NCBI GenBank assembly: GCA_965262235.1
Contig: OZ253504.1
Location: 3,361,684-3,425,683 of the forward strand
Source of the DNA: Dehalococcoidia bacterium
GTDB taxonomy: Bacteria > Chloroflexota > Dehalococcoidia > Bin125
Reading direction: 5' to 3'
Length of the DNA stretch: 64,000 nucleotides
Positions within the stretch are counted from its first letter, which is position 1; the number at the start of each line of letters is the position of its first letter. The position numbers and the translations under genes were made by a program. Below are positions 1-9,702 of this stretch, in pieces. The notes below the pieces were generated by a model, which did not search any database, had not been told where the DNA came from, and saw only the letters and a program-made list of their open reading frames with translations.

Positions 1-106
1 CGCGACAGCTCCCCCGCGGGGGGAGCAGTGGATCCCTCTCTACCGCGCGAATCATGAAACAGGCTCCGAACGCGAGCGTGACGGGAAGTCGCGATACGCT
101 GAGGTC

Positions 107-253
107 ATGCGTCGCGTGCTGTTCATCACCGTCGGCAGCGTCCTGTTTGTGCTGCTGATGATCATTCTGTTGCAGACGGGGCTCGGCGTGGACAGCGACG
201 TGACGATCACCGACCGCAACCGACCTGAGATCGTCGGCAACGACGACGACTAG
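107..253 (+). CDS. Putative small membrane protein (48 aa). It falls below the ORF-track size cutoff.
   Basis: ATG at 107 and TAG at 251-253. Translation MRRVLFITVGSVLFVLLMIILLQTGLGVDSDVTITDRNRPEIVGNDDD has one hydrophobic helix. Codon usage is like the neighbouring genes. Confidence 0.25.
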   Translation: MRRVLFITVGSVLFVLLMIILLQTGLGVDSDVTITDRNRPEIVGNDDD

Positions 254-274
254 CCAACCTGCGGAGCTGCGCCC

Positions 275-622
275 ATGGCCCGTCCCTCGGAAGCGCTGAT
301 GAACGAAGCCGGTGAGTGGATCGCGGAGATGCTCTCGGAGGAGGGGCTGATGGTGACGGGTGGGTTTGTGGACCTCGTGCTCGACATGGAGTGGACGGCG
401 ATCGAGGGGGGCGCGCCGGTTGACGATCGGCCGGCGCTGGTGGAGGCGATCGTGGGGCGGATGCGGGAAGAGAACGTGATGGTGGGGCCGCCGCCGGAGA
501 CGATCTCGACGGACGGGATCGACACGTCGCAGATTCGCCCGGTGCCGCGCGGATTCATCGAGCAGGTGCTCTCCTGGGAGGACGACTTCCTCGGCTTCGC
601 GGGCATCAAGCGCAGCGGCTGA
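275..622 (+). CDS. Hypothetical protein with no cysteines.
   Basis: ORF with GC3-rich codon usage and no recognisable motif. It ends at a TGA immediately followed, in the same frame, by the ferredoxin-like ORF. Confidence 0.4.
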   Translation: MARPSEALMNEAGEWIAEMLSEEGLMVTGGFVDLVLDMEWTAIEGGAPVDDRPALVEAIVGRMREENVMVGPPPETISTDGIDTSQIRPVPRGFIEQVLSWEDDFLGFAGIKRSG

Positions 623-625
623 CCG

Positions 626-955
626 GTGGCCGCGGCTTCGCTGAGCGTCCACACTGTCACCGTCGAGCCGTCGGGCCTGGAAGTGGCGGTGGCCGACGGC
701 GAGAATCTGATGCAGTCGGCGCGCAACCTGGGCATGTGGTGGCCGAACCAGTGCGACATGCAGGCCCGCTGCACGGGGTGTTTCGTGATGGTGGTTGAGG
801 GCGGGGAGCATCTGTCGTCGATGGGCCGCGCGGAGCGCGAGGCGCTGCTCAATCAGCGCGGACGCAACGCGCTCGACCAGCCGGTGCGGCTGGCCTGTCA
901 GCTGGGCATCTACGGCGACGTGACGGTGCGCAAAACCGGCGTGCGCGCGGGCTGA
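626..955 (+). CDS. 2Fe-2S ferredoxin-like protein.
   Basis: Translation SVHTVTVEPSGLEV...NQCDMQARCTGCFVMV has the plant-type 2Fe-2S fold pattern (C-x4-C-x2-C plus a later C). It lies directly upstream of the LysR gene and probably starts at an alternative GTG. Confidence 0.5.
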   Translation: MAAASLSVHTVTVEPSGLEVAVADGENLMQSARNLGMWWPNQCDMQARCTGCFVMVVEGGEHLSSMGRAEREALLNQRGRNALDQPVRLACQLGIYGDVTVRKTGVRAG

Positions 956-958
956 GCG

Positions 959-1894
959 ATGACGCAGAGCCACATCGAAGACCGGGCGCTGCACGACATC
1001 GGGATTCCGCGACTGGAGGCGTTCATCGCCGTGGCGACGGAGCATTCGTTCACACGCGGGGCGCTGTCGATTTCGCTGACGCAGCCGACCGTCTCGGCGC
1101 GAGTGGCGGCGCTGGAGCGCGACCTTGGGGTGGCTCTGTTCGAGCGGCTGGGGCGCGACATCCGGCTGACCGACGCCGGCAACGCGCTGCTGCCGCACGC
1201 GCGGCGGACGGTGCATGCAGCGCGGGACGCGGCTGAGGCGATCCGGGCGCTGCGTGTGGGGGGCGGCGGCAGCGTGCTGATCGGCACTGCCCCGACGTTC
1301 GGGACGTACGTGTTGCCGGACCTGCTGCAGCGCTTCGACGCGGCGTATCCCGATGTGGAGATCACGATCCGCACCGGGCGCTCGCTCGAGGTGTCGCAGA
1401 TGATCCTCGACGACGTGGTGCAGATCGGCTTCGAGCGGCGGCTGGGGCACCCGGAGATCGCGGCGATCACGCTCTACGAGGACGACATCATGCTGATGGC
1501 GAGCCCGGCGCACGCGATCGCACAGCGTCGGCGTGCGCCGGTGTCGGACATTGCGCGGGAGTCGATCGTGTTCTTCGATACGGGCTCCTCGTATCACGCG
1601 CTGAGCCACGCGGTGTTTCGGGAGTCGGAGATCGCGCCGCGTCATGCGCTTGATGTGGACAGTCTGGAGATGGCGAAGCATCTGGTGCTGCGCGGTCTGG
1701 GGCTGGCGTTTCTGCCGCGCGTGGCGGTGGAGCGGGAGTTGGCGTCGGGCGAGCTGGTGCCGATTCGGATCGAGGGCGCGGAGCCGATCAGCCGGAGTAT
1801 CTCGGTGATTTATCGGCGGCGGCGCTCGATGTCGGACGCGGCGCTGGCGTTCCTGGAGCTGGTCAAGGATGCCTACGGGGTGGGCGCCGACTAG
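959..1894 (+). CDS. LysR-family transcriptional regulator.
   Basis: N-terminal HTH (LEAFIAVATEHSFTRGALSISLTQPTVSARVAALERDLGVALFER) followed by a LysR substrate-binding domain, 311 aa. Confidence 0.85.
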   Translation: MTQSHIEDRALHDIGIPRLEAFIAVATEHSFTRGALSISLTQPTVSARVAALERDLGVALFERLGRDIRLTDAGNALLPHARRTVHAARDAAEAIRALRVGGGGSVLIGTAPTFGTYVLPDLLQRFDAAYPDVEITIRTGRSLEVSQMILDDVVQIGFERRLGHPEIAAITLYEDDIMLMASPAHAIAQRRRAPVSDIARESIVFFDTGSSYHALSHAVFRESEIAPRHALDVDSLEMAKHLVLRGLGLAFLPRVAVERELASGELVPIRIEGAEPISRSISVIYRRRRSMSDAALAFLELVKDAYGVGAD

Positions 1895-1949
1895 GAAAGC
1901 TCTGAACTGTTCTCCCACCGCTCGGCAGGTGGGGAGATTGGGTCCGGAT

Positions 1950-2420
1950 CCCCTCTCCCCCCGCTCTGCGGGGGGAGATGTCACGGAGTGACAGAAGGGG
2001 GCTCCCTTCCCCGCGCGGGCGCCAGCGTACCGCGCGGGGGTGGGGTGGGTGCAGGGAGCGCGGCGTGAGTGGTGGGGGGCCGTCGCTGATCTGGGGCGCT
2101 GACGGGAAGCTTGAGGTCGCATGGATTCCTGCCTGCGCAGGAATGACGGAAAGGAGGGGCAGGAACGACGGGGAGGGCAAGACCGAGGGGTGGGGTGGGT
2201 GAAGGGAACGTGGCGCGAGGGGTGGGGGGCCGTCGCTGATCTGGGGGGCTAACGGAAAGCTTGTGGTCGCATGGATTCCTGCCTGCGCAGGAATGACGGA
2301 AAGGAGGGGCAGGAATGACGGAAAGGAGGGGCAGGAATGACGGAAGAGAGGGGCGGGAACGAGGGGAGGGCAAGACCGAGGGGTGGGGCGCTGCTGGTGT
2401 GACGGAGGAGCGGCGTGTGG
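1950..2420. repeat. Cluster of palindromic repeat elements with two tandem copies of a ~170-bp unit.
   Basis: CTCTCCCCCCGCTCTGCGGGGGGAGATGTCACGGAGTGACAGA at 1953. The unit ...CGCATGGATTCCTGCCTGCGCAGGAATGACGGAAAGGAGGGGCAGGAA... repeats at ~2041-2210 and ~2211-2395. The same modules recur at 15.8-17.3 kb, 22.0-22.4 kb, 35.7 kb, 39.1 kb and 50.2-50.5 kb. Confidence 0.75.
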
Positions 2421-2432
2421 GGTGGGCTTAGG

Positions 2433-3332
2433 TCAGTCTGCGGGAGGGGCGGGGGTTTCGGGGAGGTTGGGGTCGTCGCGGAGGGCGCGGAGGATCTCGA
2501 GGTCGGCCTGGCCGGGGCCGTCGCTCTCGTAGCCGGGGACTTCGAGCAGCCAGACAGCCTTGCGCAGCAGGCGATTGCGGACCATACGGCGGAAGGCGCG
2601 CATGCCGATGTGGCCCTGGCCGATGTTTTCGTGGCGGTCGCGGCCGGAGCCGAGCTGGGTCTTGCTGTCGTTGGCGTGGACGGCCACGAGCTGGTCGTCG
2701 CTGAACTCGGCGCGGTAGGCCTGAACCACCTCACGCAGGCCGCGCTCGGTGGCGACGTCGTAGCCGGCCGCGTGCAGGTGGCAGGTGTCGAGGCAGAGGC
2801 GCACGCGGTCGTTGTGGACGCCATCGATCATCGCGGACAGCTCCGCGAACGTGGAGCCGACGCTGCGGCCCGCGCCGGCGTTGTTTTCGAGGCAGAGCCA
2901 GACATCGTCGGGCGAGTCGTCGAGCGCGGATTGCATGCCGGCCACCATCCGGGGCAGCTGGGTCTCGAAGCCTGCGCCCATGTGCGAACCGACGTGGACG
3001 ATCACGCCTTCGACGCCGAGCTGGGAGCCGAGGCGCAGCTCGGCCGTCAGCGCCGCGATGCTCTTGGCGAGCAGCTCGTCGTCGGGGCTGGCGAGGTTGA
3101 TCAGGTAGATCGCGTGGATGAAGGTGGGGCCGAGCTTGACCGCCTTCGCGTCGGCGCGGAAGCGGCGGATGTCGTCGCCGTGGTCCTTGCGTCGCCACTG
3201 CTGAGGGGCGGCGCCGAAGATCTGGATCGCCTCGGCGCCGATCTTCTCGGCGCGTTCGACGGCCTTGTAGATGCCGCCGGAGGCGGAGACGTGCGCGCCG
3301 ACGGCGGGGTTGCGGCCGCGTCGCCTAGGCAC
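2433..3332 (-). CDS. nfo: Endonuclease IV (deoxyribonuclease IV, AP endonuclease).
   Basis: GAHVSASGG...HxxYLINLAS...HLHAAGYD signature of the Nfo/xylose-isomerase-like TIM barrel, 299 aa. Confidence 0.85.
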   Translation of the reverse strand: MPRRRGRNPAVGAHVSASGGIYKAVERAEKIGAEAIQIFGAAPQQWRRKDHGDDIRRFRADAKAVKLGPTFIHAIYLINLASPDDELLAKSIAALTAELRLGSQLGVEGVIVHVGSHMGAGFETQLPRMVAGMQSALDDSPDDVWLCLENNAGAGRSVGSTFAELSAMIDGVHNDRVRLCLDTCHLHAAGYDVATERGLREVVQAYRAEFSDDQLVAVHANDSKTQLGSGRDRHENIGQGHIGMRAFRRMVRNRLLRKAVWLLEVPGYESDGPGQADLEILRALRDDPNLPETPAPPAD

Positions 3333-3627
3333 CGGCGAGCCTGCTCAGTTTGGTGAGCCAGCGGCGGCCGCGGGGCAGGAAGACGGTCGATTGGACGGCG
3401 GCGACCCAATCGGCATCGCTGCCGGCGGTCAGCCGGACGCGGGCTTCGCCGGTTTCGAGCGAGCAGTCGGCGGACTCGACGCCGGGGAGCTCGGCCAGGG
3501 CCGACTGGACACGGCCCGCGCAGATGCCGCAGACGAGGCCGTCCACGGCGAGGTGGACTTCGGAATCGGAGGCGCTGAGGATGCGCGCCTCGGGGGTGAT
3601 CAGCAGGTTCTTCGGTCGCAGTTTCAC
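3325..3627 (-). CDS. Heavy-metal-associated (HMA) domain protein, a copper-chaperone-like protein.
   Basis: LAVDGLVCGICAGRVQSALAELPGV matches the HMA MxCxxC metal-binding loop (here C-G-I-C) within a ferredoxin-like fold. The exact start is uncertain. It overlaps the nfo start by 8 bp. Confidence 0.45.
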   Translation of the reverse strand: MKLRPKNLLITPEARILSASDSEVHLAVDGLVCGICAGRVQSALAELPGVESADCSLETGEARVRLTAGSDADWVAAVQSTVFLPRGRRWLTKLSRLAGA

Positions 3628-3652
3628 TGCGGATCTCCAGTCATGCGCCGGG

Positions 3653-5113
3653 TCATGCGCCGGTCGGCTGCGCCGGCCAGCCGAGCCAGTCGAGGTAGCG
3701 GCGGACCGCGGTCGCGCAGGATTCGATCGACTGGTAGCAGGCGACGCCGGCCTCGTTGAGGGAGCGCTGGAGCTTGATGCCTTTCTCGAAGCCCTCGACG
3801 CTGTTGGGCTCGCGGATCACCACGGCGATCGGGCGGCTGAGCTTGGGGGCGAGCTTGCCGATCCGGTCCGCGAACTGCTCTTCGAAGCCGTCGCGGTCGC
3901 GCCGGCTGTTTCCGCGGAAAGCCATATCCATCCCCGTGTGGACCATCATCCAGTCGATCGATTCGTCTTCGGCGACGGCGGTCAGCGCGGCCTCGACGCC
4001 TTCGCCCTCGAACATGAAGCCGGCGTCGAGCGGGTTGCGCACCGAGGTGCCGGCGATCGGAGTGAATTTGCTGAGCCGCTGCTGGGTGGTCTTGCTGAAC
4101 CAGGGGACGGGGATGCCGGCGCGGTCGCAGATGTCGGCGGCGAGCACCGAAACGCCGCCGCCGCCGCCGAGCACCGCAGCGCGCGGGCCCGCGAGGTGGG
4201 GCATTCGCTGGACGGTGACCGCGAGGTCGAGCAGCTCGTCGACGCTCTCGGCGCGCATGAAGCCGGCCTGACGCTGGACGGCGTTCCAGATCTGGGCGGA
4301 GCCGGCGAGCGAGCCGGTGTGTGAGCTGGCGGCTCGCGAGCCGGCCTCGGTCAGGCCGCCCTTGAGCACTGCGAGTGGTCGCTTGCCGGCCATCGAGCGG
4401 GCGACGCGCAGGAAGCGAGGGCCGTCGCGGATGCCCTCGATGTAGGCGAGCACGATGTCGGTGTCGGGATCGTTGGCGAGGAACTGGAGATAGTCGGCCT
4501 CGTTGAGGTCGGAGGCGTTGCCGAACGAGGCGACGTTGGAGAACTCAATCCCGCGGCGCGGGCCGTGGCCGAGCGCCTCGCTGGCGTTCATCCCGCTCTG
4601 CGAGAGCATGGCGACGCGGCCGGGGGTGGGGGAGGCGGAGTCGCTGAAGGAGACGCCGCCGCGGGTCGAGTGGATGCCCAGGCAGTTGGGGCCGATCAGG
4701 CGGATGCCGCCAGCGTCGAGGCGCTTGAGCACCTCGCGCTCGAGCTCGGTGCGTTGCTCGTCGCCGGTTTCAGAGAAGCCGGCCGTGAAGAGGTGGATGA
4801 CGCGCACGCCCTTGGCTACGCAGTCATCCACGAGGCTCAGGATCGCCGAGGCGGGCACGGAGGAGATGACGTAGTCAACCTCGCCCGGCGCCTCAACCAG
4901 CGAGCGGTAGATCGGCGTGCCGTCCTGCAGCTTGCCGCCCTTCGGGTTGATGCAGTAGACGTGTTCGAGCCGGTCGAGGTTGCGGATGCCGCGCAGGAAG
5001 GACTGTCCGCCGCCCCAGCCGACGTTGGAGGCTGAGACGCCGGCGATAGCCACCGAGCGCGGCGCGAAGGCGACGCCGAGGGCGTCCTGTCCGTCGCGTT
5101 CACGGGCGGTCAT
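3653..5113 (-). CDS. CoA-binding-domain protein of the NDP-forming acyl-CoA synthetase type (acetyl-CoA synthetase, ADP-forming alpha-domain family).
   Basis: MTARERDGQDALGVAFAPRSVAIAGVSAS...GPNCLGI...SQSG... has the CoA-binding and succinyl-CoA-synthetase-like flavodoxin domains. The start is taken at the ATG giving MTAR (5113); the ORF extends further upstream without homology. Confidence 0.7.
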   Translation of the reverse strand: MTARERDGQDALGVAFAPRSVAIAGVSASNVGWGGGQSFLRGIRNLDRLEHVYCINPKGGKLQDGTPIYRSLVEAPGEVDYVISSVPASAILSLVDDCVAKGVRVIHLFTAGFSETGDEQRTELEREVLKRLDAGGIRLIGPNCLGIHSTRGGVSFSDSASPTPGRVAMLSQSGMNASEALGHGPRRGIEFSNVASFGNASDLNEADYLQFLANDPDTDIVLAYIEGIRDGPRFLRVARSMAGKRPLAVLKGGLTEAGSRAASSHTGSLAGSAQIWNAVQRQAGFMRAESVDELLDLAVTVQRMPHLAGPRAAVLGGGGGVSVLAADICDRAGIPVPWFSKTTQQRLSKFTPIAGTSVRNPLDAGFMFEGEGVEAALTAVAEDESIDWMMVHTGMDMAFRGNSRRDRDGFEEQFADRIGKLAPKLSRPIAVVIREPNSVEGFEKGIKLQRSLNEAGVACYQSIESCATAVRRYLDWLGWPAQPTGA

Positions 5114-5214
5114 CCGGTCTGTCGTGTTGCCCGGCAGGTCGGTCAAGAGCGCGCAGCCTTCCCCGGCGCGAGCCGCGCTCGCGCAGCGCCAGCGTAGCAA
5201 GCGTCGTGCTGAAG

Positions 5215-6606
5215 TCAGAGGGGTGGAGGCCGCCAGCCGCCGAGCGCGGACTCGAGCAGGGCGGCGAGGGCGAGGCAGATGTCCTCGCGCCACGGTGCGG
5301 CGACGATCTGTAGGCCGATCGGGAGTCCCTCGTCCGACGTGCCGCAGCGCACCACGACGGCCGGCCAGCCGGCGATGTTGTAGGGGCTGGTGAACGACCC
5401 GCTGCGGCTGGCTGGCTCGGGATATGCGCCTGGCGCCGTCGCTGGCGCGGCGTTGACCGGGGCGATGATCGCGTCGTAGTCGGCGATGAACTTCAACATG
5501 TCGGCGCGGAAGCGGTCCTGGGCTTCGAGGGCGGCCGTAAAGTCGGCGACCGGAACGGGGCTGGGGTCGGCGAACTCGCGGGCGATCTGGTGCGACGGGT
5601 GTTCCGTGCCGACGCGCTCGAGCAGACGCTGCATCCAGACGCCACCATCGCCGCGGTCGACGCGTTTCCAGAGATCGACGCTACGTGCGAGCGGCTCGGG
5701 CGTACGTTGCTCGATTGAAGCGACCAGGTCTCGGAGCGCGGCCACGGCCGCGCTGATGGCGCGGCGGGTAGCGTCGCTCGGCGTGGCGTGAAGTTCGATG
5801 TCGCAGTACCAGGCGAGGCGTAGTCGCCGGACGTCGACCGCGGCGGGATCGCCGAGCGGCACCGGGTGAATATCGGGATCGATGCCGTCTGGACCACTGA
5901 TGATTGGGAGGGTGAGCGCGAGGTCTTCGACGTGGCGAGCGATTGGGCCCAGCACGGTCCAGCCGCCGATCGCACCGAGTCCCCAGGAGACGATGTGGCC
6001 GCTGCGCGGCACGCGGCCGGCGGTCGGCTTGAGACCGGCAACGCCGCAGAAGTGCGCCGGGCCGCGGATGCTGCCGCCTGTATCGCTGCCGATGTCCAGT
6101 GGCGAGCCGCAGGCGGCGACGATCGCGGCCGAGCCGCCGCTGGAGCTGCCCGGGCTGCGCGTGAGGTCATACGGATTGTGCGTGGGACCGAACAGGTCGT
6201 TGTCGATCTGCGCAGCCAGCGTGCACTCGGGCGTGTTGGTCTTGCCGATCACGATCGCGCCGGCGTCGCGCAGCCGGGCGACGACGGTCGAATCGCGCGA
6301 GGGCACGTGATCGCGGCGACCGACAGTGCCGCCGGTCGTGCGGAGTCCCGCGGTGTCATGCGAGTCTTTGAGTGTGATCGGCACGCCGTGCAGTGCGCCG
6401 AGCGTCGCGCCGCGCGCTACGGCTCGGTCGGCGGCCGCAGCCTCTGCGAACGCGCGGTCGTCGCATCGGGTAACGACGGCGTTGAGCTCGCCGTTGACCT
6501 GATCGATGCGCTCGAGATGCGCCTGGACCAGCTCGACTGCTGAGACCTCTCGCGCGCGGACGAGCTGCGCCATTGCCGCGGCGGACGAGTGCAGCAGCTC
6601 ACCCAT
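5215..6606 (-). CDS. Amidase (amidase-signature family), paralog 1.
   Basis: GKTNTPECTLAAQ...GGSSGGSAAIVAA...GSDTGGSIRGPA is the AS-family Ser-cisSer-Lys signature, 463 aa. Confidence 0.85.
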   Translation of the reverse strand: MGELLHSSAAAMAQLVRAREVSAVELVQAHLERIDQVNGELNAVVTRCDDRAFAEAAAADRAVARGATLGALHGVPITLKDSHDTAGLRTTGGTVGRRDHVPSRDSTVVARLRDAGAIVIGKTNTPECTLAAQIDNDLFGPTHNPYDLTRSPGSSSGGSAAIVAACGSPLDIGSDTGGSIRGPAHFCGVAGLKPTAGRVPRSGHIVSWGLGAIGGWTVLGPIARHVEDLALTLPIISGPDGIDPDIHPVPLGDPAAVDVRRLRLAWYCDIELHATPSDATRRAISAAVAALRDLVASIEQRTPEPLARSVDLWKRVDRGDGGVWMQRLLERVGTEHPSHQIAREFADPSPVPVADFTAALEAQDRFRADMLKFIADYDAIIAPVNAAPATAPGAYPEPASRSGSFTSPYNIAGWPAVVVRCGTSDEGLPIGLQIVAAPWREDICLALAALLESALGGWRPPPL

Positions 6607-6609
6607 GGA

Positions 6610-8001
6610 TCACAGCGGGGGGCGCTGCCAGCCGCCGAGGGCGGATTCGAGGGCGGCGGCGAGGGCGAGGCAGATGTCCTCGCGCCACGGCTTGGCGAGG
6701 ATCTGGACGCCGATTGGCAGGCCCTCGGCCGAGGTTCCGCAGCGCACCACCGCGCCGGGCCAGCCGGTGATGTTGTACGGGCCGGTGTAGAACATGGTGC
6801 GATTGTCGCCCTCGTAGGTCGCGCCGTGGGTGGGCGCGGGCTGCGAGGCGACGGGCGCGACGACGGCGTCGTAGTCCTGGACCCAGCCGAGCATCTCGCT
6901 GCGGAACTGGTCCTGGGCTTCGAGCGCCGCGGTGTACTCGGCGGTGGTAGTGGGCTCGGTTCGCGCGAAGCCCTTCTCGATGAAGGGGGAGACCTCGGTG
7001 GTGCCCCACTTCTCCAGCATGCGGTCGACCCAGGCGCGGCCGTCGCCCCCGCCGACGCGGGCCCAGAGGTCGACGTACTTGCTGATTGGGGGCGGCGCGT
7101 CCTGCTCAACCGACTGCACGAGCTCGGCGAGGGCGGTGACGGCCGCGGAGAGCGTGGCCTGGGTGTCGTCGGTGGCGCGCTGGTAGCCGTCGACGTCGGA
7201 GTAGTAGGCGATGCGCAGACCGCTGATGTCGACATCGGCGGGGTCGCCGAGCGGCACCGGGAAGATTGCAGGGTCGACACCGTCGGGGCCGGAGATGATC
7301 GGCAGGGCGAGGACGAGGTCCTCGACGTAGCGGGCCATCGGACCGATCGTGGTCCAGGCGTCGAGCGCGCCCATGCCCCAGGGGACGATGTGCCCGGTGC
7401 GGGGGACACGGCCGGCGGTCGGCTTGATGCCGGCGATGCCGCTGAAGTGGGAGGGCAGGCGGATGCTGCCGCCGGTGTCGCTGCCCATGTCGAGCGGGGA
7501 GCCGCCGGCGCAGATGATCGCGCCCGCGCCGCCGCTCGAGCCGCCGGGGGTGCGGGTGAGGTCGAACGGGTTGCGCGTCTGGCCGTAGACGAGGTTGTCG
7601 GTCTCGCCGGAGAGGGTCAGCTCGGGGGTGTTGGTCTTGCCCATCAGGATCGCGCCGGCGCCGCGCAGGCGGGCTGTCACGGTCGAGTCGGCCTCGGGCA
7701 CGAAATCTTTGCGGCCGAGCGTGCCGCCGGTGCTGATGACGCCGGCGGTGTCGTGCGAGTCCTTGAGCGTGATCGGGACGCCGTGGAGCGGGCCGAGCTC
7801 GTCGCCGCGGGCGATCGCGGCGTCGGCGGCTGCGGCCTCTTCGCGGGCGCGCTCGGCGCAGAGTTGGACGACTGCATTGAGGTCGCCGTTGACCTCGTCA
7901 ATGCGGGCCAGATGGGCTTCGAGCACCTCGGAGGAGGAGACCTCCCCGGCGCGGATCGCATCCGCGATGGTGACAAGCGAGGAATAGGTGAGGTCGTCCA
8001 T
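6610..8001 (-). CDS. Amidase (amidase-signature family), paralog 2.
   Basis: Same AS signature (GKTNTPELTLSGE...GGSSGGAGAIICAG...GSDTGGSIRLPS). It is 463 aa, in tandem and in the same frame as paralog 1, separated by 3 nt. Confidence 0.85.
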   Translation of the reverse strand: MDDLTYSSLVTIADAIRAGEVSSSEVLEAHLARIDEVNGDLNAVVQLCAERAREEAAAADAAIARGDELGPLHGVPITLKDSHDTAGVISTGGTLGRKDFVPEADSTVTARLRGAGAILMGKTNTPELTLSGETDNLVYGQTRNPFDLTRTPGGSSGGAGAIICAGGSPLDMGSDTGGSIRLPSHFSGIAGIKPTAGRVPRTGHIVPWGMGALDAWTTIGPMARYVEDLVLALPIISGPDGVDPAIFPVPLGDPADVDISGLRIAYYSDVDGYQRATDDTQATLSAAVTALAELVQSVEQDAPPPISKYVDLWARVGGGDGRAWVDRMLEKWGTTEVSPFIEKGFARTEPTTTAEYTAALEAQDQFRSEMLGWVQDYDAVVAPVASQPAPTHGATYEGDNRTMFYTGPYNITGWPGAVVRCGTSAEGLPIGVQILAKPWREDICLALAAALESALGGWQRPPL

Positions 8002-8072
8002 GTGTGGAGCTCCGTTTGCGGATTGATGCGTACTGGCAAGCTAACGCGGCGGATAGGCTGCGCGTCGCGATC

Positions 8073-8708
8073 ATGTCCCTCAAGATCATCGTTCCCTCGC
8101 GCGCCGGCCCGATTGACGCCATGTGGTGCCAGCCCGAGGGGGTCGCGCGCGGGTCGGTGTTGTGCGTTGGCGGCTTCGACGGCGGGTTTGAGGGGCCGGC
8201 GAACGGGATCTTCGCGGCCTTGGCCGACTTCCTGCCGGACATCGGGATTGGCGTGCTGCGGCTGGACTTCCGGATCAAAACGTCGCCGGGGCCGATTGAT
8301 TCGGGGACGGATGATGTGTTGGCTGGTCTGGAGTGGCTCGCGGAGCAGGAGGCTGCGCCTGTCGCGCTGATTGGGCACTCATATGGGGGCGCGATCGTGA
8401 TCCGCGCGGGAGCGCGGTCGGAGCACGCCGGGTCGGTGGCGGCGCTGTCGACGCAGACGGCCGGGATTGAGCTGGAGGATCTCCAGCGTCTGCCGCCGCG
8501 ACCGTTGCTGCTGGTGCATGGGGCCGCGGATTGGCGTCTGCCGCCGCGGTTGTCGGAGTGGGTCTACTCGCAGGCGCTGGAGCCGAAGGCGCTGCAGATC
8601 CTGCCGGAAGCGACGCACTCGCTGCGCCAGCGGCGCGACGAGCTGTGGGAGATTCTGACCGAGTGGGTGGAGGCGTCGCTGACCACGCATGACAGGCTGC
8701 AGGAATGA
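8073..8708 (+). CDS. Alpha/beta hydrolase (dienelactone-hydrolase-like).
   Basis: GHSYGG nucleophile elbow and a C-terminal His region. The start is taken at MSLKII; the ORF extends to 8004. Confidence 0.6.
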   Translation: MSLKIIVPSRAGPIDAMWCQPEGVARGSVLCVGGFDGGFEGPANGIFAALADFLPDIGIGVLRLDFRIKTSPGPIDSGTDDVLAGLEWLAEQEAAPVALIGHSYGGAIVIRAGARSEHAGSVAALSTQTAGIELEDLQRLPPRPLLLVHGAADWRLPPRLSEWVYSQALEPKALQILPEATHSLRQRRDELWEILTEWVEASLTTHDRLQE

Positions 8709-8721
8709 CGAGGCAGGCCTG

Positions 8722-9507
8722 CTAACGGCCCTGGAACTTGGCTTCGCGCTTCTCGGCGAAGGCGGTCGTGCCTTCGCGGGAGTCGGCGGTCTCCATGATT
8801 TCGGAGTAGAGACGGCTCTCGACGGCCATGCCCTCGGCGAAGCCGCTGGGATTGAGTACGCCCTCGTAGGCGGCGCGCTTGGCGGCGCGGACAGCGAGCG
8901 GTGCGTTGGAGGCGATCTCCTCGGCCATCGCACGGGCCGCGGGCAGGAGCTCTTCAGGCGTGGTGACGGCGTTGGCGAGGCCGATGCGATGAGCTTCGTG
9001 GGCGTCGATGTGGTTGGCGCGCATGAGGATTTCGAGCGCGACTCCGAAGGGGACGTAGCGGGCGAGTCGCTGGACCTGACCGCCGCCGGGCAGCAGGCCG
9101 CGTTTGGGCGCCATGCTGCCGATTCGCGCACCCTCGGCCATGATCCTGATGTCGCAGGCGAGGGCGAGCGCGAAGCCGCCGGCGAGGCACCAGCCGTTGA
9201 TCGCGGCGATCACCGGTTTCGCTGTCGCACCGGGTCCCCAACTGCCGAGGCCTGCCGCGTCTGCGGCGCTGCGTTTGGCGCGGTCGCGCTCGTCGTCGTG
9301 GGCGGCGTCGCGGACCAGGTCGCGGCCGGAGCAGAAGGCGCGACCGGCGCCGGTGATGATCGCGACGTGGAGATCGTCATCGCCTTCGAACTCGCGCCAG
9401 AAGGCCTCGAGTTCGCGGCCCATTTCGGGTGAGATGGCGTTCATCCGCTCGGGGCGGTCGAGGGTGACGGTGGCGATCTTGCCGGAGTGGTCGATCAGCA
9501 GTGGCAT
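8722..9507 (-). CDS. Enoyl-CoA hydratase/isomerase (crotonase family).
   Basis: ATVTLDRPERMNAIS...AIITGAGRAFCSGRDL...GGG crotonase fold motifs, 261 aa. Confidence 0.85.
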   Translation of the reverse strand: MPLLIDHSGKIATVTLDRPERMNAISPEMGRELEAFWREFEGDDDLHVAIITGAGRAFCSGRDLVRDAAHDDERDRAKRSAADAAGLGSWGPGATAKPVIAAINGWCLAGGFALALACDIRIMAEGARIGSMAPKRGLLPGGGQVQRLARYVPFGVALEILMRANHIDAHEAHRIGLANAVTTPEELLPAARAMAEEIASNAPLAVRAAKRAAYEGVLNPSGFAEGMAVESRLYSEIMETADSREGTTAFAEKREAKFQGR

Positions 9508-9702
9508 GGTGCGATCATACGCGGACGACGCGGGAGGGTCACCCGGGCGGGGCAGGCAGCGTTCCTCGGCTGGGGAGTCGTCGCGTCCTACGCCGAGTTG
9601 GAACTCGTGACGAAGGGCGCCCGACGGCTGTCGGGCGCCCTCCTGCAGGCGAGGCCTCAGGCGCCGCGCCAGCGTTCGCGGGGCGGCTACCGCGGGCGCC
9701 CG

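Noticed and set aside
52-852. Minus-strand ORFs 52..240 and 250..852 at the window start.
   Set aside because: They are antisense to the better-supported plus-strand ORFs (107..253, 275..622, 626..955), and their translations are Ser/Arg/Pro-rich low complexity.
275-955. ORFs 275..622 and 626..955 share a frame and are separated by one TGA; possible fourth Sec read-through.
   Set aside because: The TGA does not align with any Cys or redox motif, since the first ORF has no Cys at all. The ferredoxin domain is complete on its own. There is no convincing hairpin right after the TGA. I treat them as two translationally coupled genes.
2415-3356. Long plus-strand ORFs antisense to nfo, the amidases, mutS/mutL, fhs and nuoF (e.g. 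2415..3356, 6589..8370, 52301..55279, 26318..27826, 50476..51894).
   Set aside because: They are typical high-GC antisense open frames with Ala/Arg/Gly-rich low-complexity translations and no motifs. Each fully overlaps a confidently identified gene on the other strand.
5215-8001. Amidase paralogs in the same frame separated by a TGA; possible read-through fusion.
   Set aside because: Each copy is a complete, full-length (463-aa) amidase with its own start. The TGA is a normal terminator.
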